Shown here: piece by piece, positions 53,001 through 61,795 of the stretch | Position numbering within the stretch: the first letter of the stretch is position 1 | Layout of the letters: each line of letters begins with the position of its first letter | Source of the DNA: Priapulus caudatus | Lineage: Eukaryota | Direction of reading: 5' to 3' | Length of the DNA stretch: 64,000 nucleotides | Assembly (NCBI RefSeq): GCF_000485595.1 | Contig: NW_014577073.1 | Coordinates: 301,111-365,110, forward strand | The notes under the pieces: generated by a model | Database searches by the model: none | The model's input: only the letters and a program-made list of their open reading frames with translations | Told to the model about the DNA's origin: nothing | Translations under genes and position numbers: made by a program

Positions 53001-56000
53001 ACGTAAGTTTAAATATGGGGTGGGTGGTCCCACTGTATGCTTTCGTTTTCCCATCTGCAGATCGAAGTTGCATTTGGGAAGGCGAATGGTGATGAAGGAA
53101 TCAGTATATTTTGTAAAATTAAAACGTGTATTATTCCTTCGGGAGGATTTTCAGTCATTGATCTGTGGTTGAAGATTTCGATCAGTTTTGCTCAGAGTCG
53201 GTGTGTTCTACTCGTATTTACTGCTATATAAGTAAAGTTACTGCTATATAAGTAATGTTGTAAATTAGCAGGTTGTGTTGAGGGAATGTAGGCTTCCATT
53301 TTAGGTTCACTCTGTATATCTCACACGTGTAATACGATAATATATAGCTACTGCTCATGAACATGATTGTATTTACTAAGAATTCTGTTTGCTGTTTATA
53401 TTATGGAGACTTTTAGTACAGGCAAAACGACTATTACACAATTACTTCCCTCGCTTAAAATTCTCTTTCTGTTAATAAAACAGTTGAGCACAGATTTACG
53501 AGTTTAGATTCACGCACAGTACAGATTCCTACACCTCAGTTACCAATTCCTCGTATTGCTCCTAGCCTGTAATAAGACTGATATTTCTAAATCACGTGAT
53601 GTCGCTGGTTAGTGACTACCACATTTCATCTTAATTTACAAAAGGTATGTATCGTCACCTGAAACCAACTGTTTGACTTACTTGCAGTGCACATCTTGCA
53701 CATAATAGCATATTTATCTTCTTCTTTTTTGCGTTGAAATATGAGTTATTTGAATATAATCACATGTGAAATGTAAATAGATAAATAATTAAATCGCTTG
53801 CCTTTAGAAAACGATTCTGGTCCCTGTCTGAGTCGGTGTTCTAGGAGCCTGCATGTATGGTCACATACACTGCAGAGCTCTGCTCTAATAAACGGTCACT
53901 ACTTCACTTACTTAAGTCTGCGGTTGAAAACCAACTATGCAAAGTCCATTACATTAGCCCATCTAGGGTAGACGTACAGTCAGGAGTACGTTAATAGGTA
54001 TTAGTGTAGTTCGTTGTACGCGTGTGCACGTGCGCTGCTATGCGCTGACGGTTGGCGGTGGGTTAGTTGCAGGCTTGATGTCGGAGCGCTCGGTCGACGA
54101 CCCGTCCTACGCCGCCGACGTCGTCGTGCTGAGCCGACGCGCAAAGCCGCTGACGTCCGCGCAGCGTGAAGCTCGCAAGTCATTGCCGCCGGAGCAGACG
54201 GAGCCGCCGCAGCAGCCGACATACAACGTGAAAGGTGCGAGGCGGGCAGGCGTGGCTGCGTGGCGGCGTGGCTGCGTGCGCGTGCCGCGGTGGCGTCGGG
54301 GGAGGGGGAAGGGTGTTCGCGTGGGGTTGTCGCGTCTTGTGGCAGTGGGGTGTGGGTTTGACCTGCTGTTAACGGGAGAGGGTATTTGTTTGTCGAATGG
54401 CTCCGGGATGCATCGACTTCGTTTAGATACGAGTAGTCAAGTAATCTTGTTAAATGTGCCTACCTACTTTGGGGAAATATTCTAAATTTGGGAAAATATT
54501 CTAAAATTTCTGATTTGGAAAATATTCTAAAATTGGGAAAATATTTTAAATAATATGCTTATTCCATACCGTAGTCACAACTGCTTACTCATATGGGTCG
54601 GAAATTGATCACGTCTACTTGGAGAGAGCGATGCTTGTGTTTTATTGTTTGGCGTGCAATGACACTGAATTTCTAATTTGTCACGTTCCCATTTCAGAGA
54701 GTTTTTCCAGCGATGACATACAATCCGTGTCCTATCGCTCCCGTTCCCGTGACAACAGTGACTCGTCACGTGATCTGCGAGTTATCAGTGGTAAGGTTTA
54801 TGTTTAAAGCCTTATAAGTCATATAATAAAATGCTACTATTATCGATGCCACCCTTGCTGGCAATAGCATGCTGCTATCATGTATTTCACTATCGTGTTA
54901 CGATACCGCGCTCGCCGTGTACCCGTGTGCGTGTGCGTGTGCGTGTGCGTGTGCGTGTGCGTGTGCGTGTGCGTGTGCGTGTGCGTGTGCGTGTGCGTGT
55001 GTGTGTGCGTGTGCGTGTGTGTGTGTGTAGTATATGACACCGCGCTCACTGTGTGCCTGTGTGTGTGTGTGCGTGCGTGCGTGCGCGTGCGCGTGCGCGT
55101 GCGCGTGCGCGTGTGTGTGTGTGCGTGTAGGAGCGTGTCTGCACTGTGTGTGTGTGTGTGACTGTGCGTTGCGGTGCGTGCGTGAGTGTGCTAGTATGAT
55201 GGACCACCGTGCTCACCGTTATGCCTGTGTGTGTGTGTGTGCGTCGTGCGTTGCGTGCGTGCGTCTGTACGTGCGGGTGGCTGTTGCGTGTGGTGTGTAG
55301 TACTATGACACCGTGCTCATCGTGCGTGCTGTGGTGGTGTTGTCGTGTGTGTAGTATATGACACCGTGCTCACCGTGTGTGTGTGTGTGTGTGTGTGTGT
55401 GTAGTATATGACACCGTGCTCACCGTGTGTGTGTGTGTGTGTGTGTAGTATACGACAACGTACCACCAGAGGACATGCCGAACGACGCCGACCAGGAGCC
55501 GAGGCGATCGTCCGCGCAGCCGGCGATGCGGCCCAGCAACACGTTCAGCACGGGCAGCGAGCTGAGCAGCGTTGCCAAGGCAACGTCGTCGGCGAGTCTG
55601 CGCAGCGTCGCCGAGGAGCCGCCGCCGCTCGACGCCGTGCGCACGTCGACGCCGAAGCTGTCGGCCGAGCGTCGGCTGAGGCAGTTGACTGCCGGTCAGC
55701 CGGTCACAGGTGAGCGCCGACGTAGCGCGCGGTAGACGCCCCCCCCCTCCTATGGAGAACGTTCTCCACCACTCTATTATATTGCGTATGGTCTTGAGCA
55801 CTTCTATTTGTATGCATACCAGGTGCGAATAATGACAAATGACATGTGGTGAGACAATCCACAAGTGCCATTCAGGTACATGTGTATAGGGATCTGACCT
55901 TTATCGTTCATTTGTTATTTTCCCCCGCGTTATTTATGCCAAATAATGGGGATTTTTCTACATCTCCGGGAGCTTTTCAAACCCAAACCTTCCTACGGAA

Positions 56001-56446
56001 ATGGAAGTCCATTCACCTAGTCTGTGCGCATGCGCGTGCATTTACGTTAAACAATCGCAACCACGCTAAATGAGGCGTATTCCGTGCAAAACCAGATTTA
56101 GCAGACGTGCAGATTTTACAAGTTCTCGCGGCATTGCGCCGCTCTTGCAGGTTACGACAGCGACTCCAAGTATGGCCGCTCGAGCAGCACGCCGCGTCGC
56201 GAGGCGCCGCCGGACGCCGTCAGCGTGGAGCGGCGCCACAAGAACGGCGACAAGTGTTCGAATCTCGCGCGCGTCGCCGAAAGCAACGGTACGGGCGGCG
56301 GCGCCGAGGCGGCGGCCGGCGCAGGAGGAGAAGGAGGAAGCAAGCGCGACGGCGTCTACCTGGAGGAGGGGGATGCTGAGAGCGGGGAGAAGACGAAGGA
56401 CGGCAAGCCGCCGAACTCGGTGTGGTACGAGTACGGATGCGTGTAG
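5022..56446 (+). CDS. Girdin: Girdin/Daple-like (CCDC88 family) Hook-related coiled-coil protein; multi-exon gene span, 5'-partial, middle duplicated in the assembly
   Basis: Manually spliced GT-AG exons join with consistent phases. Peptides match the CCDC88 family: LERLLLLVLGCAVQC, HLAVELADSKAKQRRLRQEL, DARSARAYRDELD, LRLQLENKRL, DLVNEK, LESKDQFYEEQR, KLNTLKRQKEKLEEKIIDQYK, and the terminal SVWYEYGCV-stop. Confidence 0.95.
5430..6399. other. Assembly gap (970 N)
   Basis: N run. Confidence 0.99.
6400..6434. mobile_element. Possible terminus of a non-autonomous DNA element truncated by the gap (...cccccctggctacgcgcctg|ta)
   Basis: The reverse strand reads caggcgcgtagccagggggg, an end type I recall from invertebrate MITEs; the partner end is not visible. 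Confidence 0.35.
7784..7863. mobile_element. 80-bp hairpin mini-MITE (TIR agctctaccngtgtagcccctt)
   Basis: 22-bp inverted repeat with 1 mismatch; a related element lies at 49209-49259. Confidence 0.55.
8027..8169 (+). CDS. Girdin: Girdin exon, Hook domain (VAGVKELERLLLLVLGCAVQCDKKEDMIDNIQNLDLSIQHAMVSFIQQ)
   Basis: ctctag acceptor and gtgagg donor; hallmark LLLLVLGCAVQC motif. Confidence 0.95.
8148..8541 (+). repeat. 64-65 bp minisatellite, 6 units, spanning an exon end and its 5' splice site
   Basis: gatggtc recurs at 8148, 8213, 8278, 8342, 8407, 8471 and 8535. Confidence 0.95.
11292..11432 (+). CDS. Girdin: Girdin exon (VTDNTENLLTQEW...LVRERDDFQQ)
   Basis: cacag/gtaaac boundaries, 141 nt, phase 0-0. 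Confidence 0.9.
12134..12270 (+). CDS. Girdin: Girdin exon (QILELTLC...HHLAVELADSKAKQRRLRQEL)
   Basis: ccgcag/gtaagt boundaries; conserved HLAVELAD.KAK.RRLRQEL. Intact here; the copy near 28154-28292 has indels. Confidence 0.92.
12929..13010 (+). CDS. Girdin: Girdin exon (EEKIELCSELQEELDLSKALSTKLKQE)
   Basis: ttatag/gtgagt boundaries, phase 2-0. Confidence 0.9.
13750..13821 (+). CDS. Girdin: Girdin exon (NLELIQDARSARAYRDELDVVREK)
   Basis: aaatag/gtggaa boundaries; conserved DARSARAYRDELD. Confidence 0.92.
14118..14204 (+). CDS. Girdin: Girdin exon (ASKVEKLEAELLRFKDKLNEMEFFKARFE)
   Basis: ctgcag/gtatgc boundaries, 87 nt, phase 0-0. Confidence 0.92.
14385..14650. repeat. ~18-bp minisatellite (gtgttctcgcgtcgtcrc); second copy at about 30380-30600
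   Basis: Directly visible. Confidence 0.9.
14687..14833 (+). CDS. Girdin: Girdin exon (EVREDNHILLETKHMLEDQLSASHKRV...ISELEE)
   Basis: gtgcag/gtaggt boundaries, 147 nt; conserved E.REDN..LLETK.MLE.QL. Confidence 0.92.
15020..15215. repeat. 38-bp minisatellite (actgacatcaccactgacctcatcaatgacccctacgt), copy A, about 5 units
   Basis: Period 38 (15061 to 15099). Confidence 0.9.
17449..17719. repeat. 21-22 bp minisatellite (aaaactaagcggctaccgttct); second copy at about 33677-34115
   Basis: Directly visible. Confidence 0.9.
17797..19034 (+). CDS. Girdin: Girdin large GC-rich coiled-coil exon, copy A (clean frame only to about 18130, then many indels)
   Basis: tcgcag acceptor; ETVSEGTRAQLALEQQTQEVGKQHDEATRAL...; alignable by eye to 34271-35485. 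Confidence 0.7.
27518..27542. other. Assembly gap, exactly 25 N, at the duplicate junction
   Basis: N run counted in the sequence. Confidence 0.99.
30975..31400. repeat. Same 38-bp minisatellite, copy B, about 11 units
   Basis: Directly visible; longer than copy A. Confidence 0.9.
31437..31572 (+). CDS. Girdin: Girdin exon (EREADKDRLERLTAQNIQLHFDKTNSINESANLGAELDDARRISA), intact copy
   Basis: ctgcag/gtacgt boundaries, 136 nt, phase 0-1; the copy at 15253-15385 has indels. Confidence 0.9.
31560..31770 (+). repeat. 36-bp degenerate tandem repeat spanning an exon end and its 5' splice site
   Basis: atctctg recurs at 31563, 31599, 31635, 31671 and 31707. Confidence 0.85.
32933..33120 (+). CDS. 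Girdin: Girdin exon (NSLSEQLGESASGAILRLQLENKRLQQAL...LSEKLEKLQ), intact copy
   Basis: cgccag/gtacac boundaries, phase 1-0; conserved SL..E....A...LRL.LEN. Confidence 0.9.
34271..35485 (+). CDS. Girdin: Girdin large coiled-coil exon, copy B (clean frame from about 34850: ...LEKENGDTLQQLAFDKKTMAALRE)
   Basis: Ends gag/gtaggt; DKKT...LRE is followed by the DLVNEK exon as in CCDC88 proteins. The 5' part is garbled. Confidence 0.8.
35988..36115 (+). CDS. Girdin: Girdin exon (DLVNEKIKAQQVHNELEQLTTELAKIGLDRQKL...)
   Basis: ttgcag/gtaagt boundaries, phase 0-2. Confidence 0.92.
36456..36662 (+). CDS. Girdin: Girdin exon (RYKALESMMEGTMKKSLELKEEKVRALESRLEES...KADNS)
   Basis: gttag/gtaagg boundaries, phase 2-2. 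Confidence 0.92.
37235..37328 (+). CDS. Girdin: Girdin exon (MPRSEDSNKTSASLTGEILQLKDHLILVERT)
   Basis: tttcag/gtgagt boundaries; conserved E.L..KD.LI.VER. An alternative in-frame acceptor lies 21 nt upstream. Confidence 0.85.
37729..37869 (+). CDS. Girdin: Girdin exon (NATLLEEKKNL...QSNLAKLQ)
   Basis: ttgcag/gtagac boundaries, 141 nt. Confidence 0.92.
38743..38950. mobile_element. ~208-bp MITE with TA target duplication (ta|ctgtaaa...tttacag|ta); duplicate at 22188-22405
   Basis: Terminal inverted repeats plus subterminal ttcgtgg/ccacgaa motifs; TA flanks suggest a Tc1/mariner-type element. Confidence 0.75.
39012..39308 (+). CDS. Girdin: Girdin exon (VESTTLHSRIAAL...LLADHETLQRLHEQLSGEYEAL...ELVR)
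   Basis: ccgcag/gtgagc boundaries, 297 nt; conserved DHE.L..LHE. Confidence 0.92.
40506..40667 (+). CDS. Girdin: Girdin exon (EKDEVDEMKTSL...KLRGDYHSLQ)
   Basis: tggcag/gtacac boundaries, 162 nt. Confidence 0.88.
40940..41077 (+). CDS. Girdin: Girdin exon (SDYKTLKSENNALKLRYTELQG...LDIELAKSANRCE)
   Basis: ccacag/gtactc boundaries, 138 nt. Confidence 0.92.
41770..42082. repeat. 15/30-bp minisatellite (gctaacctgtgacacactaagctgtgacaa); noisy copy at about 25470-25790
   Basis: Directly visible; ends about 30 nt before the acceptor at 42110. Confidence 0.92.
42111..42256 (+). CDS. Girdin: Girdin exon (MLQQMNATLEEENKTLMNHISALLTQNQDLLFQTLESKDQFYEEQRAFS)
   Basis: tggcag/gtacgt boundaries, phase 0-2; conserved LEEEN..L...I..L..QN..LL...LESKD. 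Confidence 0.93.
42933..43034 (+). CDS. Girdin: Girdin exon (DKLNTLKRQKEKLEEKIIDQYKKMAYDASASPK)
   Basis: caacag/gtgagt boundaries; end-of-coiled-coil motif KLN.L.RQKEKLEEKI.DQYK. Confidence 0.93.
43332..43386 (+). CDS. Girdin: Girdin exon (KNTKKFGGIVRKARGFMSR), basic amphipathic segment
   Basis: ttctag/gtatgt boundaries, phase 2-0. Confidence 0.85.
46004..46109 (+). CDS. Girdin: Girdin exon (KQTREVREVCVGKHGSPELSDGQDTSSQGSADLMP)
   Basis: tcgcag/gtaagc boundaries, phase 0-1; DGQDTSSQGS resembles the vertebrate Girdin DGQDSSSVGS segment. Confidence 0.82.
49209..49259. mobile_element. ~50-bp hairpin mini-MITE (ta|gctctaccggtg...caccggtagagc|ta)
   Basis: 14-bp perfect inverted repeat including the flanking TA; same ends as 7784-7863. 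Confidence 0.5.
54073..54234 (+). CDS. Girdin: Girdin tail exon (GLMSERSVDDPSYAADVVVLSRR...TYNVK)
   Basis: ttgcag/gtgcga boundaries, 162 nt, phase 1-1; GC-rich coding-like island. Confidence 0.75.
54698..54790 (+). CDS. Girdin: Girdin tail exon (ESFSSDDIQSVSYRSRSRDNSDSSRDLRVIS), possibly a cassette exon
   Basis: tttcag/gtaagg boundaries, 93 nt, phase 1-1, open frame. Confidence 0.65.
54925..55448 (+). repeat. (GTGCGT)n/(GT)n tract with repeated gtgtag-tatatgacaccgtgctcacc units, duplicating a 3' splice site
   Basis: Units near 55025, 55190, 55295, 55349 and 55399; the true acceptor is at 55448. Confidence 0.88.
55449..55709 (+). CDS. Girdin: Girdin tail exon (VYDNVPPEDMPND...RTSTPKL...QPVT)
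   Basis: gtgtag/gtgagc boundaries, 261 nt, phase 1-1. Confidence 0.8.
56151..56446 (+). CDS. Girdin: Girdin terminal coding exon ending SVWYEYGCV-stop (PDZ-binding motif)
   Basis: ttgcag acceptor; TAG at 56444-56446. VWYEYGCV is the known Daple/invertebrate Girdin C-terminus. Confidence 0.95.
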
Positions 56447-59400
56447 TCGGCGAGGCGCGCGGCAGCCGAGAGTCACCGTCTACAGGGCTAGCACAACCAT
56501 CGTGTAACCGCACGCTCTCGTTTTCGCTCTCTCTCTCTCTCTCTCTCCCAACGTGTAACCCCACATATTGCTGTTCTATTTAACAACGCGTAAGCCCAAC
56601 GCACAGCTGCAGTCTTAATATTAGTTGTGATAGAGCGTGCGTGTTTGTAAAACGTTTAACGCGACGCTAGAAGTCGCTGTCGTTGTAGAGAAGTCGGTGG
56701 GGGGGGGACGAAGACGAATTTACATTCGCTGGGAACGATCAAAGTAATGGCTGTATCTTAGGTAACCGTATGCTAGCACGTACCACAACGACGCTCATAC
56801 TCACTGCTTAGAGATTCAAGCTGCAGTCGCCGAAATCGCAGCGTGGTAATGCGGCAGGTGGAAATCCACGTACCTGTGCGCGTGTTACTCGTGACGTGTT
56901 TACGCTGTTTGTACGCATCGTAGGTGTACAAATATGTAATTGGTAGATATATGCTAGCGACGTGTCCATTTGTATATGCGTCTTTACGGCGGTTGCACGT
57001 AAAGTAATATATGGGCGTATTTCCACGTAGTAGCCATAGCATGTCGTGTATATTTGCTTGTACGGTTTGAAACGAACGGCTATGCTCGATGTATAGTGAG
57101 GTAGTATTGCGTGCGTATAAGTGTGATTTTATGCAATTCTGACGTTTGTATAAAGGTTTCCCTATATGATTTTTTTATATAGCATTTTGTCTGTGATTTG
57201 CAAAAACAAAATAATATGTTTGTTCTTTTAGTTAAACGTGAGGCAGTTATGGAAATGACTGTTGGCAGTCGTGAAAGTTTACACGCATGAAATTCTGTAC
57301 GGTGTTACGTTGGTTAAAAAACTGCAGTCTAGTAGTCACCCCCCCCCCCCTACACGCGCAATTTGAATATACACGTGTAAAAATACGAAGGCATTTTTAC
57401 GATTTGATGTACTATGAAATCAGTATTGTCAGTTGATTTTACGTCGGCATGGTCACTACTTACCTGTATGCTGAGCATGTAAGAAAAATTTTAGTGATAT
57501 ATATTTACGCACTTTTAATACTCTGCACTAGTCTGCTGAGAAGTCCCGCTACTAGTTTTTGATCTGAACATGTAATTCTGTTAGATAGTCTTATTAAGGG
57601 AATGAAGGGGGAGCGTCGGATGAAATTACATCATGCGAGAGATACGGTGAGTGTTAATTCGCTAAATTATGTACAAGCGCAGAACTAAATCACATCTATG
57701 TGTCATCTCCGAACTGTTTACATTGAAGTGTTAGTACAAGCATAATCACGATGATGATTAAGTTCGAGCCTGATTACATACGAGCGCGTTTCAGACACAC
57801 ACGTGTTCGGGTTGCCATCTGGTTAAACGAGTCTAGGAGAATTCGTGCGTATGGCGTGAATTTTAAATTCTGTGCAGTTGTATTTGTTCACACGTTGCGC
57901 TTATATTACTATATATCAACACATATACACTAATGTATGCAGTACGTGTAGTATTGTGTGATCGTGATTAAGCCTTGTAGGGGAAAGTCTGTAAGCTAGC
58001 TACTTCTACCGAAGCGCTTCTACTTCGTTGGCGAGTAAACAAATGAGAAAATGTTCGCTTTTTCTGTACGTGTTTGTGCGTGTATGTGTGTTTGTATGTA
58101 GATTAATAGTGTGGTAACGCTGTTTTGTGCAAGTAAATAGTGCGCGCTGGTAATCATGTATAGTACGCCCATTTGTTTCTGGTGATAACTGGCTGCCTAT
58201 AGCTCGAACATTTGTTTTGCACGGCGCCTTAATTTTAAATATTGTACATTATTTCGATAATGATACGACGCGTTTTGCAGCACCTTTGTGATTTCTTTGT
58301 TTTCCAGCGATGTTTATTATGAACAGTGGTGTGCGTGAGAGATCTCGTAGTCTGCTTGTGTTGCGAGTCTTATACTGTATATTTGTACAGCGTGTCTCCG
58401 TGTAATTATTGGTGATAAGCCTTAGTTTATAGTTTTAACATCTCGAGTTTTTTTTAAGGAGATTACAGTTGCGGTATTTCTTAAAGGCCTCCATGCATGC
58501 GTTGTTTCGACACGTGCAGCCATGTTAGAAGATATATGCAAGATATGTTCACTACCTAATTTTGAGTTCGTATACAGATGTATGTCTGTGAGTGATCTAT
58601 CAAGCAGCAGAAGTGTCACATTGGATCATTACTATTTGCCAGTCTGTTTTATTTGGATGCTACCTGTCTCTTCTCTGTTGAAATGCCTTCAAGAGTTTGG
58701 CAGCCGTACTAGAGTACGTAATCGTCATTTCATTTCTTCTAAGAGAAAGGGCAATTAGTATAAGAGCCACCCGAAAACATCCTGCTGGTCGAAAGATTAC
58801 AAACCGCTCTACGGACGAATTGGAAATATTAGCTCCCCTTTATATTATAAAAATTATTGCATTTTGCAAAACACTAGTGAAATTATAGCGTAATAGAGTT
58901 GGCACGACGCATAGAGTGCATGTAGCTGCCACGTTTATACAGTCATCCCAACAATCACACCTAATTAAGTATTACCTGTGGTAAGCACATAATGTAATTT
59001 ACCCAGATAGATCTCATTAAATATGGTAATGAATTCATCTTAATGTAATGTGTTTTGTATACTTGTATACGTGAGTCATTTGCAAACATGTATGTGAAGA
59101 CAGCTTTGAAGACATCGTCATGTGATTGCTCTGCAAAATCATGGTATGGTCGAAATTGGAGATCGTGTGTGGTTAACAGAGAAATGGCAGACTCCCACCA
59201 AATAATACTGGGCGTCTTGTACCATTGTAATTAATTTGCATGGTTTCACCTATGCTTAGCACACTTGAGCTTTGTGGACACACGGTCAGGAAAGCCATCT
59301 TTAAAATGCTTGACGTTTTCAAAACAGACTACGATATAAGTATGTAGCTATCCACTACTGTTGAAACCAAGAGGTGGTCATGTCCACACCAATTATATAC

Positions 59401-59844
59401 GGTTGGTGTAAAAATGCTTAGCTGGGATACCTGGCATTATTTGCGTCTGAGTGAGGGGGTAAAAATAACCGTTATAGTTGAGTAGTTTTCTTGGAACCAC
59501 AATAGTGCTATCATACACGGGGGGTGCGGGAAGATTGGCCACCGTATGTTCAAGCAACACATTTTATTTTTTTATTTTTTTAAAGACATTAGTATTCGTT
59601 CAAGCTATTTGTTAGTATCGGTCTCTCATATGGGCCCTGGAATACCTCGCCAGGGAGATACCGGATGTACGCAATCACAGGAATTATACTGCTACAATAT
59701 TTGAGCAATTTAAAAAGATTGGTCCACTTGTTATTATCTAAATGGTTTATTTGGATAAACAATTTTCGTATCAAACATCATTCATCCAAGTAAGTGTGCT
59801 CTCACATCAGTTTTAACTAATATATCACCAGGCAGATACAGGAC

Positions 59845-60284
59845 TATGGGGCGCCAAGTGTCGCATGACTGATTTCGTTACGAAATCAATGATTTTGTAC
59901 GAAATCAAGTCTACAAAGTGATTTCGTTACGAAATCAACTACTGCGAGTGATTTCGTTACGAAATCAGCTACTGAGAGTGATTGCGTTACGAAATCAGCT
60001 ACTGAGAGTGATTTCGTTACGAAATCAGCTACTGAGAGTGATTTCCTTACGAAATCAGCTACTGAGAGTGATTTCCNNNNNNNNNNTCACTCTCAGTAGC
60101 TGATTTCGTAAGGAAATCACTCTCAGTAGCTGATTTCGTAACGAAATCACTCTCAGTAGCTGATTTCGTAACGAAATCACTCGCAGTAGTTGATTTCGTA
60201 ACGAAATCACTTTGTAGACTTGATTTCGTTCCAAAATCATTGATTTCGTAACGAAATCAGTCATGCGACACTTGGAGCCCCATA
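59845..60284. mobile_element. Foldback-like DNA element: long inverted arms made of 30-bp tandem repeats, centre collapsed into a 10-N gap
   Basis: tatggggcgccaagtgtcgcatgac at the left and gtcatgcgacacttggagccccata at the right; arms are near-perfect reverse complements; flanks caggac/ctggac. Confidence 0.85.
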
Positions 60285-61250
60285 CTGGACACATGTTTAG
60301 ACCATGCATCGGTGGCGCCAGAGGATGGTGGAGATTAAAACATGCTACACCAGGGAGGCCGAGGCCCCACCACGTCATTATAATTCGGTGGGAACAATGA
60401 TTGATAAAACACTGCGTTAACAATTTAGTCCATAAGAGGATTCCGAAATATTTACCGAATATCCAATTAGGATATATTTGTTTATTTATTTATTTAAAGA
60501 GGGTTCATTTGTAAAATATATACCAACATGAGCTTAATTGCAAGTTCTTCGCCGTCAGTCACGTGCAATAATAAAAAGGTTTATAATTAAAAAAGGAGGC
60601 AGTGGCCAAAGTCTGGAAAGATTCTTAGTAAGTAAAATTTTGTGATCGATAACGGAGTAATCTTTTTTTTGCGATATTGAAACAAAGTTGTATTACCTAT
60701 ACAAACACGTGTTTGTATATATCTATGAATGTACACGTGTATACTCTCTGACGGCGAGGAGCTTGCAAGCTCATGTTGACATATCTGTTACCAATGACAA
60801 TGTACCGTCTTTAAATTAATTAATAAATAAGTAAAATAAATGATATTTATGGTTAAAACAGAGCACGTATATCATATGATATACCAAACTGCATGCAGTG
60901 CCCCTTCGCACACTCAGGACTCAGTGCCCAATCGCACACTCAGTAGAATTGAGCCAGAGCGAGAGCGCCATCTGTCGTGGAGTTTGATGATATACGTGCT
61001 CTCGTTAAAACGTTATCGCACTGCACTCTGGGAAACACTGATGATTTATTTCGCGTTGATCTTGGGAAAGTTAATCGTTACCACGAATACAAAATTTACT
61101 TGTTCCTCAACAACTTCCGGTGTCTTCAAACATCGCAGCCCGCAGCATGTTGTGTTTTGTCAGCAAATTGGTGTACTAGCAGTTTGCCACATTTAAAGTA
61201 TAATAAAATCGTGTTCATTGCCTGATCTTGCGAGATATATATCTATCATT

Positions 61251-61335
61251 ATGGGAAGAAATGTGACACTAGCGACATGCGTGCTCAATCAGTGGGCAAT
61301 GGATTTCGACGGCAACCTTAAACGTATCATAAAAA
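61251..61335 (+). CDS. NADSYN1: Glutamine-dependent NAD+ synthetase, coding exon 1 ([28 protein letters not shown])
   Basis: ATG at 61251 and gtaggt donor; matches the NADSYN1 nitrilase-like glutaminase N-terminus MGR.VT.ATC.LNQWA.DF.GNL.RI. Confidence 0.93.
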
Positions 61336-61394
61336 GTAGGTTGCCCTTGCCTTGTCTCTGGAAGTACCACTGTGCCAGTGCCAGTGGCGCTCAT

Positions 61395-61582
61395 AGGGTT
61401 TATGTCCCCCAGGGTACTGCCGGAACGTACTCTGGTAACTATCTGATTTGGTTAGGGTTAGGGAGTAGGCGTAGGCGACTCCCTAGACTCGTTAGTGGAG
61501 TAGGCGAGGTACGGTCCGGCATATTAGATCGTACCAGGGTACGTTCCGGCAGTACCCTGGGGGACATAGACGGTTAGACCCT
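61395..61582. mobile_element. ~190-bp MITE in NADSYN1 intron 1 with a 37-bp inverted repeat and internal ggttagggttaggg
   Basis: tatgtcccccagggtactgccggaacgtactctggta pairs with taccagggtacgttccggcagtaccctgggggacata (1 mismatch); ends agggt...accct. Confidence 0.75.
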
Positions 61583-61795
61583 CTCAGCGCTAGTGGCAAT
61601 GGCAATTGTAGCGAAGGTGCTTTGCTATCGTGATCGTATTAGTGGTTACGCGTGTGTGTATGGCTAACACCGTCTGCTAACGTCTATCAGAAACACATGA
61701 AAAGTACACAACAGCAGTAATATATACGTATTTAGTTACTCTCTTTAATAGTTACCTCTTAAACTATGTATAATCCCATAAAGGGCAGCCGCGGA

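Noticed and set aside
53061..53090. Possible extra exon after the acceptor-like tttcccatctgcag
   Set aside because: No convincing phase-compatible donor and no recognisable peptide.
59870..60262. CRISPR-like array of palindromic 30-mers
   Set aside because: No unique spacers, no cas genes, eukaryotic context; the repeats form the arms of an inverted-repeat element.
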